From NCBI RefSeq assembly GCF_963921235.1, contig NC_086118.1, positions 23,438,001-23,502,000 on the forward strand: 64,000 bases of DNA, given 5' to 3'. This DNA comes from Mobula hypostoma (lineage: Eukaryota). This document shows, one piece after another, positions 37,263 through 50,040 of this stretch (positions within the stretch are counted from its first letter, which is position 1; every line of letters begins with the position of its first letter). Position numbers and translations under genes: made by a program. Below the pieces are notes generated by a model, which did no database searches, was not told the origin of the DNA, and worked only from the letters and a program-made list of their open reading frames with translations.

Positions 37263-38796
37263 CTATCTGTAGTAAGGAGTTCAGGGGGTGGAGCACAGTA
37301 GCCAGATTTGGGAGGAACCTGTTATAGTAATTGACAAACACTAAAAAGGACCGCAACTTTGGCCTTGGGGCATCCACTTGCTTGAAGTTTCTCAGCACAT
37401 TTGTGTAATGCTTGTGCGTCAATGGTGTGAACACAGTAAGTGATGCTTGGTTTAAAGAATTCAGAATTGTTGCGTTGTGCTCTGAGCCTGTAATCTTCTA
37501 ATCTTTTTAACGCTGCTTGTGATTTTGGAGATGTTCCTTGTCCTCCTTACTGATAACAATGATGTCATTAAGCAAACACTGAGTACCTGGGCTGCTTGCT
37601 GCATCTGCTCTATAGCTGTCTGCCAGAGTGCAGGTTCAGATGCTACTCCAAAAATAAGGTCATTACAGTGATATAGCCCTTTGTGAGTATTTATGATGGG
37701 AAACACTTTGGACTTCTTCTTGATCTGCATCTGTAGGTAGGCCTTAACTAGGTCCACTTTGCTGAAGTGTCTTCCTCCTGAAAGGGTTGCAAAAATGTCT
37801 TCTATTCTGCCAGACCCATTCTTCTTAGCTACTGGGACCACTAGCATTGCCCATGGGCACCACTCAAACTCAGAAAGTATTCCTTCAACCTCCATGTGAT
37901 CTAGCTCACTGACTACTTTGCCACAGATGGTATAGGGAACTAGAAAGGCTTTGCAAAACTTGATATGTTTGAGTTTTCCATTGTTATCTTTGGACAGTAC
38001 TATGGCATAATCCGGTACTGTTCTTAATTTGCTTTCAGTTGACTCTATTGCAGGGGATGTGGCATGCAAATGGCGGATGGATCTCCAATCAAGTTGAAGT
38101 TGTCTCAGCCAATCATGCCCCCCACAATGCTAGCCTTGCTGTTTTTAACTACATACAGTATTTTCTTGTAAGATGCCACAAACTAAATGATCTCAGTACA
38201 TCATTAAGCTCATTACTGAACTGACAATGCTCAGAAAATCTCTTCAATTCAGCACGTACAGTAAAATGGACTCCCCTTCCTTTTGATTCTACTTATGAAA
38301 TCAAGAATGGTTTCAATTCTAAATGTTCCAGCATTTCTTTCATGATATCAACAATGCTCATTACAGCTGGTTTGGTTGGAACAGTCAAACTTCAAAGCAA
38401 ACTGTATGCTTTTAAATCCAATACACTCTGAAAAATTGGCACTTGTTTCTCATTTGCTATTCCACTTACTTTAAAACACTGCTAGATCTGCTCAGTATAC
38501 AAAATCCAGTCATCCCTTGTGCAATCAAGCATGTCAATCTTTCTAATGTAGCCAACCATTTCTGTTCTTTTTCTTATTAATGATTATTATTATCCGGTAC
38601 TCACTGTCGATGCATCCATGAATTCTTTTGGTTTCTGCCTTCTTTTTAACTTGATGGTCTTTCCTTTTGCGAAGAAAACTTGCTGCTCTGAAGAAAAAAA
38701 ATGTGCTGCACATTTTTTTTTAACTTGACCATTTCTTGCTGCGCTTGAAAAGGTAGGTAGTCTTATTGGATTCGTTTAAAACTTCCTTGTTACCAA

Positions 38797-39038
38797 TGTT
38801 ATGTTTCGTAACTCCAAAACATAAATACTAGTGAAAGTAAAACATGGAATTGGTCATAACTTGTGTGCACTCTCAGTTTTAAATTTAGTGGTATACATAT
38901 GAAAGACGTGGCAACATGATGAGAAAATACATTCGTGTACCATTACATATAACCTGAATTACTTAAACAAAGAATGCTTAAATAAACAATATATTTGCAA
39001 AATTACTCAAATACCATTGAAATATTAAATGCACAACT
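38797..39038 (-). mobile_element. 5' LTR of the Gypsy element
   Basis: Reverse complement of 1072-1307; tgttatgtttcgtaactccaaaacataaa at one end and tgaaatattaaatgcacaac at the other. Confidence 0.9.
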
Positions 39039-39039
39039 A

Positions 39040-39570
39040 TTGTTACATGTCCTGCGATACAGTACAAAGCTTAGTTTGGCAATGTCATCCAGACTGATCA
39101 TGCCATGTCTAATTACATTGTGGTAGTGAAAAGAAACGAAAGTGCAGAACATGGTGTAGCAGTTGCAGGGAAAGCCCAGTGTAGGTAGATAAATAAAGGG
39201 CAAGGGGAATGACGAGATCAAGAGTACGAGTTTGCCTTTCAGCATAGAGAATCCTGTTGGAGACTCTGATAATATTGAGATAGGAGCTGTCCTTGAGTCT
39301 CTCTCTCAGACTTCTGTGTCTTTGGTGTGACAGGAGAGAACGTCTGGGGGGGGAGGTGCCTCCATTATGATAGAATCAGAATCGGGTTTAATATCACTGT
39401 TAATATGTCGTGAAATTTGGTAGTCGCTACGCCAAGGCAGTGGGAAGCACAGACTGAACCAATGGGAGAGAGGCTCATTTGAGTGATGAACTGGGCTGTG
39501 TTCACAGCTCTCTGTAGTTTTTTGCCACACCAAGATGAGCTGCATTTATATAAGATGGTGCATCTATAAA
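39040..39570 (-). mobile_element. Old Rex1-type 3' fragment(s)
   Basis: Decayed 3' UTR and C-terminal coding end; an extra tail piece agaatcagaatcgggtttaatatc at about 39372-39420. Confidence 0.6.
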
Positions 39571-39878
39571 GAATGATGTAAAGTGTAAAGTATGCTTTTT
39601 AACCTCTTGGTTTTTGTAGGATAGAAACATAGCATGAAGTGTAGAAACTTTGAAACAATATTAAATATACAGTATATAAACAAACCAACTGTGTCTGAAT
39701 GAAAATGAAATACAAGCACCTCCACAGCCAGTGACAGTTAACTCTAGCAATATTTGGGACTCATTTAAAGGATGAAGTTTGCATTCTTCTTGAATGAATG
39801 TTTGATTGTTATTAGGATATTCCTGTCAATTCTTTATAGTTTTGTTTGCTTCCTTAGATGATTGAAGACATGAATTCA

Positions 39879-39964
39879 TTAGATGCTGCTTGGCCTGCTG
39901 CATTCACCAGCAACTTTGATGTATGTTGCTTGAATTTCCAGCATCTGCAGAATTCCTGTTGTTT
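39879..39964 (+). mobile_element. Neptune-type Penelope 3' terminal fragment
   Basis: Nearly identical to 17065-17148. Confidence 0.9.
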
Positions 39965-41057
39965 AGGTTTAAAATGTGATCTCCCCCATGAAACTCAGGA
40001 AAATGAGCAATGTCTACGTTGCAAAATGGGAGTATTCGTTTGAAAATGTAGTTTGTAAATCATGAGTAGTATTACTTTTTCTTTTGAAACTTCTCTGGAA
40101 ATATCTCTCTAAATCACCTCTGCTTCGCTCTTTATTCTGTAGGCCGCCTTTATGATACAAATCTTTGACAAAAGTTTTGGTCACAGTTCTAGATATCTGG
40201 TTTAATTTGTTTTACCTCCTTTGTGAAATGTCTTGAGAGATTTAGTATAAGTTGTTGTCACGATAAAATAGTTGTGTACTATCTATTTCATTGATGTAAT
40301 TTGTGTCATATATCCTGAAATATTTCTGGAGTTAACTTTGTGAATTTTCTCTAATGATACTTGTGTATTTTAATATTTTACATGCTTTAACTTTTCTATT
40401 CTGTCTTAATAAGTGACCAAAATTCTGGTCAATTCTCACACAGTCATTTTCGTTTTATTTACTTCTCTACATTTAAAAGGACATTTTAATTTTAAATCTC
40501 ACAGCCAATTACTCAGTTTAAAATGAAAGACATTTGTTGAATACAAATGTTCCAGAAATGATGCTTTATTCACTCTCAATGTTAAACTTTACTTGAATTA
40601 AATAGCACTTCAAATGGTAATATGGATTCAATAGTTGGTAGATGATTCAGATTTTAGTAGCGTGTCTGTCTTTACAAAGATTAATTATTAAATTATAGAA
40701 GGTTAATACTGAAAACCCTTTTAGAGAACTTCTGAAAGTCTTTCAACAAATTAAGTGAAAATAGCAGAAGCGTGAGTCATTCAGTTGATAAGAAGCAAAA
40801 TTAAATTCCTTATGGTCATTTGCAAGGGATCGGCATTCAGTTAGCTCAATAAAAGCATATAAAGTATTCAGAAGCAATCAATGTACGATGGTAGGTGAAA
40901 ATTGGTAACTTTATTTCTTTTTCACAGCCATTAGATTTTTTTTGTGACAAATAGAGGCCTAGGCTTCTTCCTTCGGATTCTCAGAGAGAATCGACGCAGC
41001 TGTAAAATTCTTCGAAGCACAAAAGGAAGGGATCAGAAGTAAACGCAACAATAGAGG

Positions 41058-41206
41058 TTAATGGGGTCCAGGAAGCATTTTGTTCAAACTTGATGGACAA
41101 TGCTTGGTGTCAATGAAAGGATTAATGATAGAAAATTCAATCAGCTCTTCTCGCATAGGTCGGTCATTTGTGCCATATTTTTCCTTCACCAGCAGTTCCA
41201 CAGCAT
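41058..41206 (-). CDS. Candidate terminal coding exon of an unidentified gene
   Basis: Minus strand: ctctctacatttttaataag acceptor, then AT + 48 codons AVELLVKEKYGTNDRPMREELIEFSIINPFIDTKHCPSSLNKMLPGPH and TAA. AATAAA about 145 nt downstream (40910-40915). The sequence is non-repetitive and the peptide is not recognised. Confidence 0.3.
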
Positions 41207-42434
41207 CTTATTAAAAATGTAGAGAGTTGGCAAATCTCATGCCATATACATATGACCATAATGTCTCTGTCAGAATAGGACACAGAAGAGTCTTTTTTGT
41301 TGGTGGTTGAATAACACCAAGACATAGCCACCAAAAGTAACCCCAGTATGCATGATGATAATATGCATAGTTTGGACTGAATTGTGCAATGAACTATATG
41401 TTAATGGAGACACAAAAGGAATAAATAGAGGATAACGTTGAGGAGTGAGTTCCAAGGTAGTGATGAGTTACATACCAAGTAAACCTGAGCTACAGTTAAA
41501 AGCCAAAATTTCTTTCAGATTTACTACTGGAACATAATATGTTTGTGTTGGTCTTGTTAGAAGTGGTTCTTAAAAGATCTTCTTAATCTTTCTTATTAAA
41601 TTATATTGGATACTTGGAAAGCTATAGAGTAACATATATGTAAGGTTTTGGTGATTGTGGGGTAAAGGGTTTTCTCCACTGTGTTAAATGAAGGAATATT
41701 GACTGCTTTATAATCCAATTAGTTTAGCTTTAACAAAAATGACTTTGATTTTCAAAGAAAAATTATCCATGCATAATCTGAAGTTATGTATCAGATACTA
41801 TAGTAATCTGAGGCTCCTAAAGGAGAAAAACGGAGTGCAGAATGTGTAGGATACATTAGTTGTGCCACAGTAATTCAAGGAATTATCTAACAACTAGTTA
41901 AAATAATAAACGCTAATTCCAATTGTCAAGTGCAGCGATGACACCAAAATACTTAGTGAGGAACAATGCATTTCTTAATGTTGCAAGTTGATTTCAAAAT
42001 TATCAACCAAATATGCAGCACCATCAGTGTAGCTCAGTATGTTAGCCTACTATTAAAACATGGCAGGAAGTTTAACAACTTTGATTGCCTTTCTATCCTG
42101 AGTTTGCCAGATCTAGCTAAATAATGCTGGCTGCCTCAATAGTCCTTGAGTTAGGAAGATGGATTTCAATCAGCGTTTTTATCTGAGTTTATGTGTGTGT
42201 GGGAAAACAAATGGAGATAAGAAAATGTAAAGAATGCAGCCTAGCTTAATAAATTGCCGGCATTTATTACTGGGACTCACTCATGAATAATGGCCACTTG
42301 AGATAAATGTCTGAGCCACAATATTTTGGGGGTGAGTGCTAAAAGAGCTGTTGCTTATCTAGCTTTGCCAAAGACATACCACAACACAACAGAAGGAAAA
42401 AAATAAAATGAATCAAGAAACATTTTCTGGTATG

Positions 42435-44106
42435 TAAGTTCCACAAATCCTCACCCCCTGTCTAAAGAAATTCCTCCTCATCACTGTTCTAAATGGACAT
42501 TCCGCTCTACTGAGGCTGTGCACTCTGGTCCTAGACTCAGCCACTATAGGAAACACCCTTTCCACATCCACTCTCTCTTGGCTTTTCAATGCTCAATAAG
42601 TTTTAATGAGATCCCTCCTCATTCTTCTAAACTTCAGTTAAGTCAGCCCAGAGCCATAAAATGCTCCTCATATGTTAACTCTTTCATTCCAGAAATTATT
42701 CTTGTAAACCTCCTCTGGATCCTTTCTAATGCCAGCACACTTTCCTTAAATTAGAGGCCCAAAACTGCTCACAGTTTTCAAGTGCAATCTGACCATTGCC
42801 TTATAAAGCCTCAGTATTACATCTTTGCTCTTATATTCTAGTACTCTTGAAATGAATGCTAAAATTGCATTTGCCTTACTTACCATCAACTCAACCTGTA
42901 ACTTAAACTTTAGGGAATCCTGCACAAGGATTCCCAAGTCTCTTTGTACCTCTGATTTTTGAATTTTCTCCCCACTTAGAAAATAATTAATGTCTTTATC
43001 CCTTCTACCAAAAAGTGCATGACAATACGCTTTCTTACACTATATTCCATCTGCCACTTTGCCTATTCTCCCAATCTGTCTAGGTCCTTCTACAGACTCC
43101 CTGCTTCCACAACATTAGCTAACTCTCCACTTATCTTTGGATCATCTGCAAACTCCACTCGCACCTCTCTTTTACTCTTTATATATCTGAGAAAAACATT
43201 TGGTATTCTCTTTTATATTATTGGCTAGTTTACCTTTATATCTCAGTTTTTCTCTCCTTATGACCTTTTTAGTTGCATCCTGTTGGTTGTTAAAAGCTTC
43301 TCAATCCTCTAACTTTCCACTAATTTTTGCTATATTATATGCCCTCTCTTTTGGCTTTATACTGTCTTTGACTTCCCTTGTCAGCCACAGTTGCCTCGTC
43401 CTCTCTTTAGAATACTTCCTCATCTTTGTGATAAATCTATCCTGTGCTTTTCGAATTGCAGCCAGAAACTCCAGCTGATGCTGTTGTACTGTCATCCCTG
43501 ATAGTGTCCTCATCCAGTCAACTTCAGCCAGCTCCTCCCTTAGGCCCCTGTAATTCCTTTTACTCCATTGTAACACTGATGCATCTGACTTTATCTTCTC
43601 TCTCTCAAACTGAAGGATGAATTCTGTCATATTATGATTACTGTCTCTTAAATCTTCCTTTTACCTTATTCCCTAATCAAATCTGAGTCATTGCATAACA
43701 CCCAATCCAGAATTACCATTCTCCTAGTGGACTCAACGACAAGTTGCTCTAAAGAGCCATTTGGTAGGCATTCTATAAATTCCCTCTCTTGGGATCCAGC
43801 ACCAACCCAATTTTCTCAATCTATCTGCATATTGAAATCCCCTATGATTATTGTAACATTACCCTTTTTACATGTCTTTTCTATCCCCAGTTGTAATTTT
43901 TACCTTATATCTTGTCAGAGGACTTGCTAGAGTCCATGTAGACCATGTCTACTGCCTTTCCTTCATCAGTTTTCCTTTTAACCTCCTCAACAAACTCTAA
44001 AAGATTGGTTTACACACCACCGACCATGCACTAAGCCAAGTTAACTATCCTGAAATAGGTCCTATCATCCAAATACTTATATGTCCTGTCCCTTAAAATA
44101 CCTTCC
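42435..44106 (-). mobile_element. CR1 LINE, degenerate, with internal deletions
   Basis: KANAILAFISRVLEYKSK, NYRGLREELAEVDW, PWLTREVK-like and IIGDFN endonuclease remnants on the minus strand. Confidence 0.9.
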
Positions 44107-44117
44107 AAATATCTAAA

Positions 44118-44797
44118 TGAAGAGGAGAAGATGGCGGTGCGACAGCAGCGCGCATGGCCTTTCCGGTGATGAATATCTGTTATCTGTCAAGTATATCTGT
44201 TATCTGTGCACAATTCTGATTTGATAGAGACAGACATGAGAGCATAGTGGAACTTCTGGAAAACTTCTGAAATGACTGCTTTGCTACCGCTGCTACTGTG
44301 TGGTAACCGGAATCTCTGGAGCTGTAGGCCTCGAAATCCTCGGCTTTGTGTATTTCAGCGGCCGGGTAGAGGTCGAAGGCACTCAGCAGAGGATGGCGCT
44401 CGGGAGGCTGTATCAGACAGGCTGCTCGGAAGCTCGGAGTTTTCGGACGGATGGACTGAGGGTCGGCTGCTTCCAAGGTATTGGCCAGTTGATGGTGTCT
44501 GGAGGTTTATGGCAGGGAGTTTCTCCCTTTTGCCGCCGCTATCGGGGACTCGGGAGTCAATCGACTCGGGACTTTGAGACTATTGTTATTACTGTGCCTA
44601 TGGACTGTTCTTCATCAAATTATGGTATTGCTTGCACTGCTGTAACTATATGTTATAATTATGTGGTTTTGTCAGTGTTAGTCTTTGGTCTGTCTTGTTT
44701 TCTGTGATACCACGCCGGAGAAACATTGTATCATTTCTTAATGCATGTATGCATTTCTAAATGACAATAAAGGAGGACTGAGTGTTCTCATAATCTA
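44118..44797 (+). mobile_element. Non-coding, TSD-flanked retroelement (non-autonomous, family not assigned)
   Basis: AAATATCTAAA repeated at 44107-44117 and 44798-44808. CpG-rich 5' half starting AAGATGGCGG; T-rich 3' half ending AATAAA plus short tail. Confidence 0.75.
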
Positions 44798-44808
44798 AAA
44801 TATCTAAA

Positions 44809-45295
44809 CAGCCAATCATATGGCGGCAACTCAATGCAAAAATCAAGCAGACATGGACATGAGATTCCGTTGTTGTTCAGATCAAACATCAGAATAGGGA
44901 AGAAATGTGATCTAAGTGACTTTGAACTTGGAATGATAGTTGGTGAAGATGGCATGGTTTGAGTATCTCAGAAGCTGCTGATCAACTGGGATTTTCATGA
45001 ACAACAGTCTCCAGAATTTACAGAGAATGGGGTGAAAAAGGAAAAAAGAAAAACATCCAGACTACAGCAGTTCTGTGGGCAAAAATGGCTTGTTGTTGGG
45101 AGAGGTCAGAGGAGAATGGCCAGGTTCAAGCTGAGAGGAAGGCCTCAGTAATTCAAGCAACCGCATGCTACCACAGCAGTGTGCAGAAGAGCATCTCTGA
45201 ATGCCGGGCATGTTGAACCTTTCAATGGATGGGCTACAGCAGCAGAAGACCACACCGGGTTCCACTCCTGTACCTAATAAGGTGGCAACTGAGTG
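44809..45295 (+). mobile_element. Tc1-like DNA transposon, deleted copy with right TIR
   Basis: Decayed transposase N-terminus GKKCDLSDFE.GMIVG...LSISE.AD.LGFS..TVSR.YREW...RGQRRMAR. Ends gtacctaataaggtggcaactgagtg followed by TA. Confidence 0.88.
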
Positions 45296-45879
45296 TACGT
45301 TGTGAAATTTGTTGTTTTGTGGCCACAGTAGAGTGCAAGACATAAAAATTACTACAGGTTACAAAACATAAACAAGTAGTGCAAAAGAGGAATAGTATTG
45401 TAGTGTCATGAGTTCATGGACAGTACAGTTACCTACTATTTCCATGCTAAAAAACATGATCTCCAATCTCCAGTTAAGGGAGGGGTGTTCCCCAGTTAAA
45501 GTCATGTGCAAGGTAAGAGTTCAAAACAACAGAAAGTTTTACTTTTCATGCAAAGACCCTCAGGAAGGCCTGTAGTTTCCCAATGTGTTTTGTTGTGCAT
45601 GTCAAGCATTCCTAGTCTGTTCCCTATCCCAATGAATCATCATGAGCAGAATCTGTGGGCAAACACATCCTCCAGGTGCTGGTACCTAGCTTAGCCTCTC
45701 CTCCTCTCCTGACTGAAGTTCACTCGAGTCCCATGACACAAGCAGCTCATTTTTTGTTTGCAAACCACTGGGATCTGAGCTGATAGCTGCAAGTGTCAGA
45801 TTAAGTGTTGTCTTCATTGTAGTGCTTTCGCCCAGCTGCTGTCCTTGGCCAGCTGTGGGAGTTTTTAAATGTATTCTTT

Positions 45880-46235
45880 CACAGGATATTGACATCTCTG
45901 ACAAAGCCAGGAGCTAATGTCCATTCCTAATTGCTCCCTGAACTGAATGGCTTGCTGGGCCATTTCAAAGAGCAGTTAAGTGTCAACAATACTTTCAAGG
46001 CTGAAATCACATATAAATCTGACCTGGTGGCAGGTACCCTACCATGGAGGGCACTTATGAAACAGATGTTTTTTTAATATATATGACAAGCCAGTAGATT
46101 TATAGACACATTACTTCGGCTACCTATTTATTCTAGAATAATCTAATTATTTAGATTTGAATTCCCCAGTTGCGCTGGTGGGATTCGAACTCAATTTCTC
46201 TCAATCAGTGGCATTGGTTGCTGGATACTTGGTCA
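45880..46235 (-). mobile_element. tRNA-derived SINE, degenerate
   Basis: B box GAGTTCGAATCCC (46180-46192, minus), then body motifs ...ttaactgctctttgaaatggcccagcaagccattcagttcagggagcaattagg typical of a chondrichthyan SINE. Confidence 0.7.
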
Positions 46236-46489
46236 GCAGATCACACACAATTCTGCAAAAGCAGTGATTCGAAGAAACAAAGATCTCAGGGTAGGTTCAT
46301 TCAACAGTAAGAAGTACAAACTTAGATGGCCTCCATTTTGTAAATCAGATAAGATTGTGGGAAGGGGAAGGAGGATTAGGTAAAGAATAGCTTGACCTCT
46401 AGAGCACCCTGTGCCACCAGTGATCAAAAGCTACTGTATGTGGTATTCTGCACCACTTATTGTCATTGTATTCCCCCAACCCCGCCGTC

Positions 46490-46945
46490 TATCAAAGGCA
46501 AACCCCTCCCCATCAGTAAGCACATTTACAAGGATCATTGCCAAAAGAGAGCAACAATCCACCATCAAGGACCCTGACATCCAGACAATGCTCTCATCCT
46601 ACTATTACCACAGGATAGGGGTTCAAACGCCTTAGGTCTTACACCATTAGGTTCATGAACAGTTATTACCCTACAACCATCTGGATCCTGAACCAGCATG
46701 AATAACTTCGCTCACTACAATTGAAAAGTTTCTACTACCTACAGAATCACTTTTAAGGACTCTACAACTCATGTTCTCAGTAATAATTATTTTTTATTTG
46801 CATAATTTTTTCTTCTTTTGCACATCAATAGCTATTCTTTATTAATGTACAGTTTTTTTCATAAATTCCATTGTATTTCCTATAAATGCCTACAAAAATG
46901 AATCTCAAGTTAATCTATGGTAACATATGCATACTTTAATGATAA
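46490..46945 (+). mobile_element. Rex1-type LINE 3' fragment
   Basis: IKDP..P, RFMNSYYPTTI remnants; 3' UTR; (ACTTTG)n tail. Confidence 0.8.
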
Positions 46946-48959
46946 ATTTACTTTGACTTTGACTCTACCGGAGAGCTTAAGATCATAGATGTGTTCCCAC
47001 TCTGAAAATCTCCTGCCACATGCACCATTTAGGAACTGTTTCTTATGTGGAAGGTATCAAAGTTTGTGAGTGAGAGAGTTGGAATGCCTTCAGAGGCTGA
47101 ATATTTGCCAATATGTTTAAACTGAGATGTGGGATAATGGCGAGCAGGTATTCGGAAGAAACACTAACTGAAGGAAATGGTTGTTAGCTGACTGAGGCCA
47201 GTAAGCAAAGCTGAGGCGCAGTTGTTGCGAGATAGAATTTGATAATGTTTTCACTAATCTTGCAACGAGTGTAAAGTTATACTCCTTTGCATCATGACCA
47301 CGTACAGTATATTTGAGGTTGTATTCCTGCCATTGACCTGAGCTGGAACCTCCTCCTTCCATAGTTTGACTCCAGATCTGGAGGGCTCCTGGGACATAGA
47401 TAACCCCTCTCCTTTTCTTCACCTTTTGCACCAGGGTATTGAAAGATGAGCCCCAGAATCAACGTGCCTGCTTTCACTGGTGTCAGTGCTAACTGGCATC
47501 CATGGGTTTTGGATGACTGAGTTTAGAGTAACATTTGGAGGTTGAATTGTGATGCTGTCAAGTGAGGAGATGATATCAGCAGCAATGGAATGAGAATGTT
47601 GCTTAAACGGGATGACTATGTTAAAGATTCCCCCTGTGCTAGTCTGGAATTTGGTTAGGGACGTCCCTTTAATGTTGTTAAGTTTGAAGACTTTGTTTAA
47701 TATTAGTTGACTGTAGCCCTGGATGGGGCAATCATACAGTAGCATTTAAATATGTCTTGAGTTTGGTTGGGTGCAGCAGTGCATGTCCAAGACATCCATA
47801 ACTTTGCACAAAGAACACGAGAATAAAAAAAAATACACTTTATTTCCTCAAGCTAACTCCAAAATTTTCATTTAAATTTACTTGAACCCATGGAGTACAA
47901 AAATGAGGCAGTATGTGATCCAATTTGCTGTTAACACTCTTTAAACTAGAGGCAACAAACCACATCCTTCTAACTTTTATTTATCCAAATAATTTTCATT
48001 GAGTTATATCCATTGCATTTTTCTTTCTGCTCTTTACAAATTTACCAAAGCCTTGACTACATAGTGACCTTAAAGCTACTGCAGAAACCACCTCAGTTCC
48101 AGAACTGTGCGTCACCGCAAATATGAGTAAATATTGCAAAGTTTAAAGACAAACACAGTCCAAAAATCAATGTGACGTTACTCAAGTTGTTTTGCAGCTG
48201 AAAGCATATGTTGAAATTTTTGAATTTTCATTCCATGTAAATATCCTCAGGACCTGTAAGATTTCTCATTCTCTTCATTTGTTTCCCTTGGGATTTTGTG
48301 AAGCTCGCTGGCAAAAAAAAATTATAATTTTTTTTTGATTTTTGGAGATATTACTAGTTTCTAAGTCTATTAAATGCCCCAGGTCTCTATACCTAATTAT
48401 ACAGTGAGCAGCCATCCGAAGCACTGAAATGCATTAGGACCTACCCTTACATTATTAGGACCATTGTGTCAGAGTGCTGAGTTTAACAGATGATTTGGAC
48501 ATAATCAGTAAAATCGTTGAAACACTAGAAATGTTAAAATAAAGCAGTACTGTTAATGTCTGCTCATTTGATGCCAACAGCAAAGGTCTACTCACTCAGC
48601 ACCAGCCACAGCCATGCACAATATTGCATTAAAGATGTGATGAAGAAATCTAATCAGAAATTCTTTTCTTTCTAATAAGTTAAAGCTTGCCTTGTATTCC
48701 ACTTACTCCCATTCATTACTTAAATTTTACCTTTATTGCCCTTACATAAAATAAGAATGTTTTCACTATGACAGAGAAGAGGATCGACACTGTTAATCAC
48801 ATTTAGAAAAGCAACGTAAACATGTTGATAATAATATTGACGCTGTTTACAGGGCATGAAGTTGGTTTATCTTGGCTAATAATTAATTGACACTTCTTGG
48901 AATCCCTTATTCGTTTCCAAGTAAAGAAAGAACAGTAAAATTGCGAATGAAGAATCAGA

Positions 48960-50040
48960 TGATCTAGTTAGGCACTTCATCTGACTTATCAAATCCTTGT
49001 TTCCACCTAAAAGGCTCAATATTGGAATCTGATGGAATAGTTTCCACTATCTTGATGGATGCAGGGAAGAGAGCCAATATCATTATCCTCTCCTCGGACA
49101 ATGTTCCCAGCGTAAATGAAACATATAAACATTTGATGAATTTGGAGGATTTTAGGGCAGAGCGTGTTGGGGCAGCCGCCATTGCTTTGATATGTCTGCT
49201 GTATGCTATCCATGCCTCAGAAGTCTCCAGACCATGAAGTATGTGCAGGATTTGAGATCTTGATTTTCAAGCTCCCTTTTCCACAGATGATCAGAGCCTT
49301 TGTGAATGTACTGAAGTTAGAGGTGATTTTTTTCCTCAGTGTCTGACTTTCCTGAGGAGTTGCATCCAAGATCTGATAAGTGATCAACATTTTGCAGGGT
49401 GCCATTATGTATTTTTCTGTTGAGGATGGTTGGGAGGAGATTGACAGAAGACATTTGTCTCATGCGTGTTTCGCGTAGGCCCTATTCTGTATGCTTCCAT
49501 CAAGATGCCAATGATGATCTGAAGCTCAGCCCTGAGCGTGCACGAATCTAAATATCATCTGCAGACTGCTAGATTAGATTCCCTTCTTTGGGGATAACAG
49601 CTGAGGTGATGTGTTGTATTGTTGCAAGGAAGGTACAGAATTAACAATGACACTGCTTTACTTGATCTCACTCTGCCCTGAAATTGGATCTGTGATGGAG
49701 CTTTGGTTAGGAAAATGAATTGCCATGTTATTGTGGAACAGGTGGAAGATGAGGGCCACTGAATTTGAGAAGGGTTTTCCATAATCCCTTTCAACTGAAG
49801 GCTTTTGTGGCTGAGACTACTTCTTGCATTTTCCTTGGAGTTGTTGATGGTGAACGTTATGTCCAAAGTACCTCTTGATGGACAGAATCAGTGTTGCAAC
49901 TAAGGAAGGAACTGTTTGGCCACTGGAAAGAGGCAAATATGGAGGTACTTTAGATGACCCACCATGTGAGACAGCAGGTAGAATCTTCTATAGTCATTGC
50001 AATCTGACTTGTTACTCTTTTTGAAGATACTTATTTGAGC
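48960..50040 (-). mobile_element. RTE-clade LINE remnant
   Basis: Minus-strand (F/S)ADD at about 49553-49567, F.Y.GS-like and KI.KAS remnants, decayed C-terminal region at 48964-49213. Confidence 0.7.

Larger units (their letters stand above)
35513..39038 (-). mobile_element. Gypsy/Ty3 LTR retrotransposon, internally deleted provirus with both LTR ends; same family as 1-1307
   Basis: 5' LTR 38797-39038; PBS-like TGGTAACAAGGA; gag remnant (~38250-38560); RT (37461-38069, FSKVDLVKAYLQ, FGVASEPALWQ); RNase H (LACDASPYG, NYTQLDREA); integrase H2C2 region (LH.SH..MVKMK.LARSFVWWPG, ~36365-36500); PPT ~36196-36211; 3' LTR split into ~36146-36195 and 35513-35530. Confidence 0.9.

Noticed and set aside
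44180..44707. Three 98-135 aa ORFs in the GC-rich element
   Set aside because: Expected in GC-rich sequence on both strands; no protein motif.
46170..46235. tRNA gene suggested by the GTTCGAATCCC B box
   Set aside because: No cloverleaf can be formed, and it continues into a SINE body.
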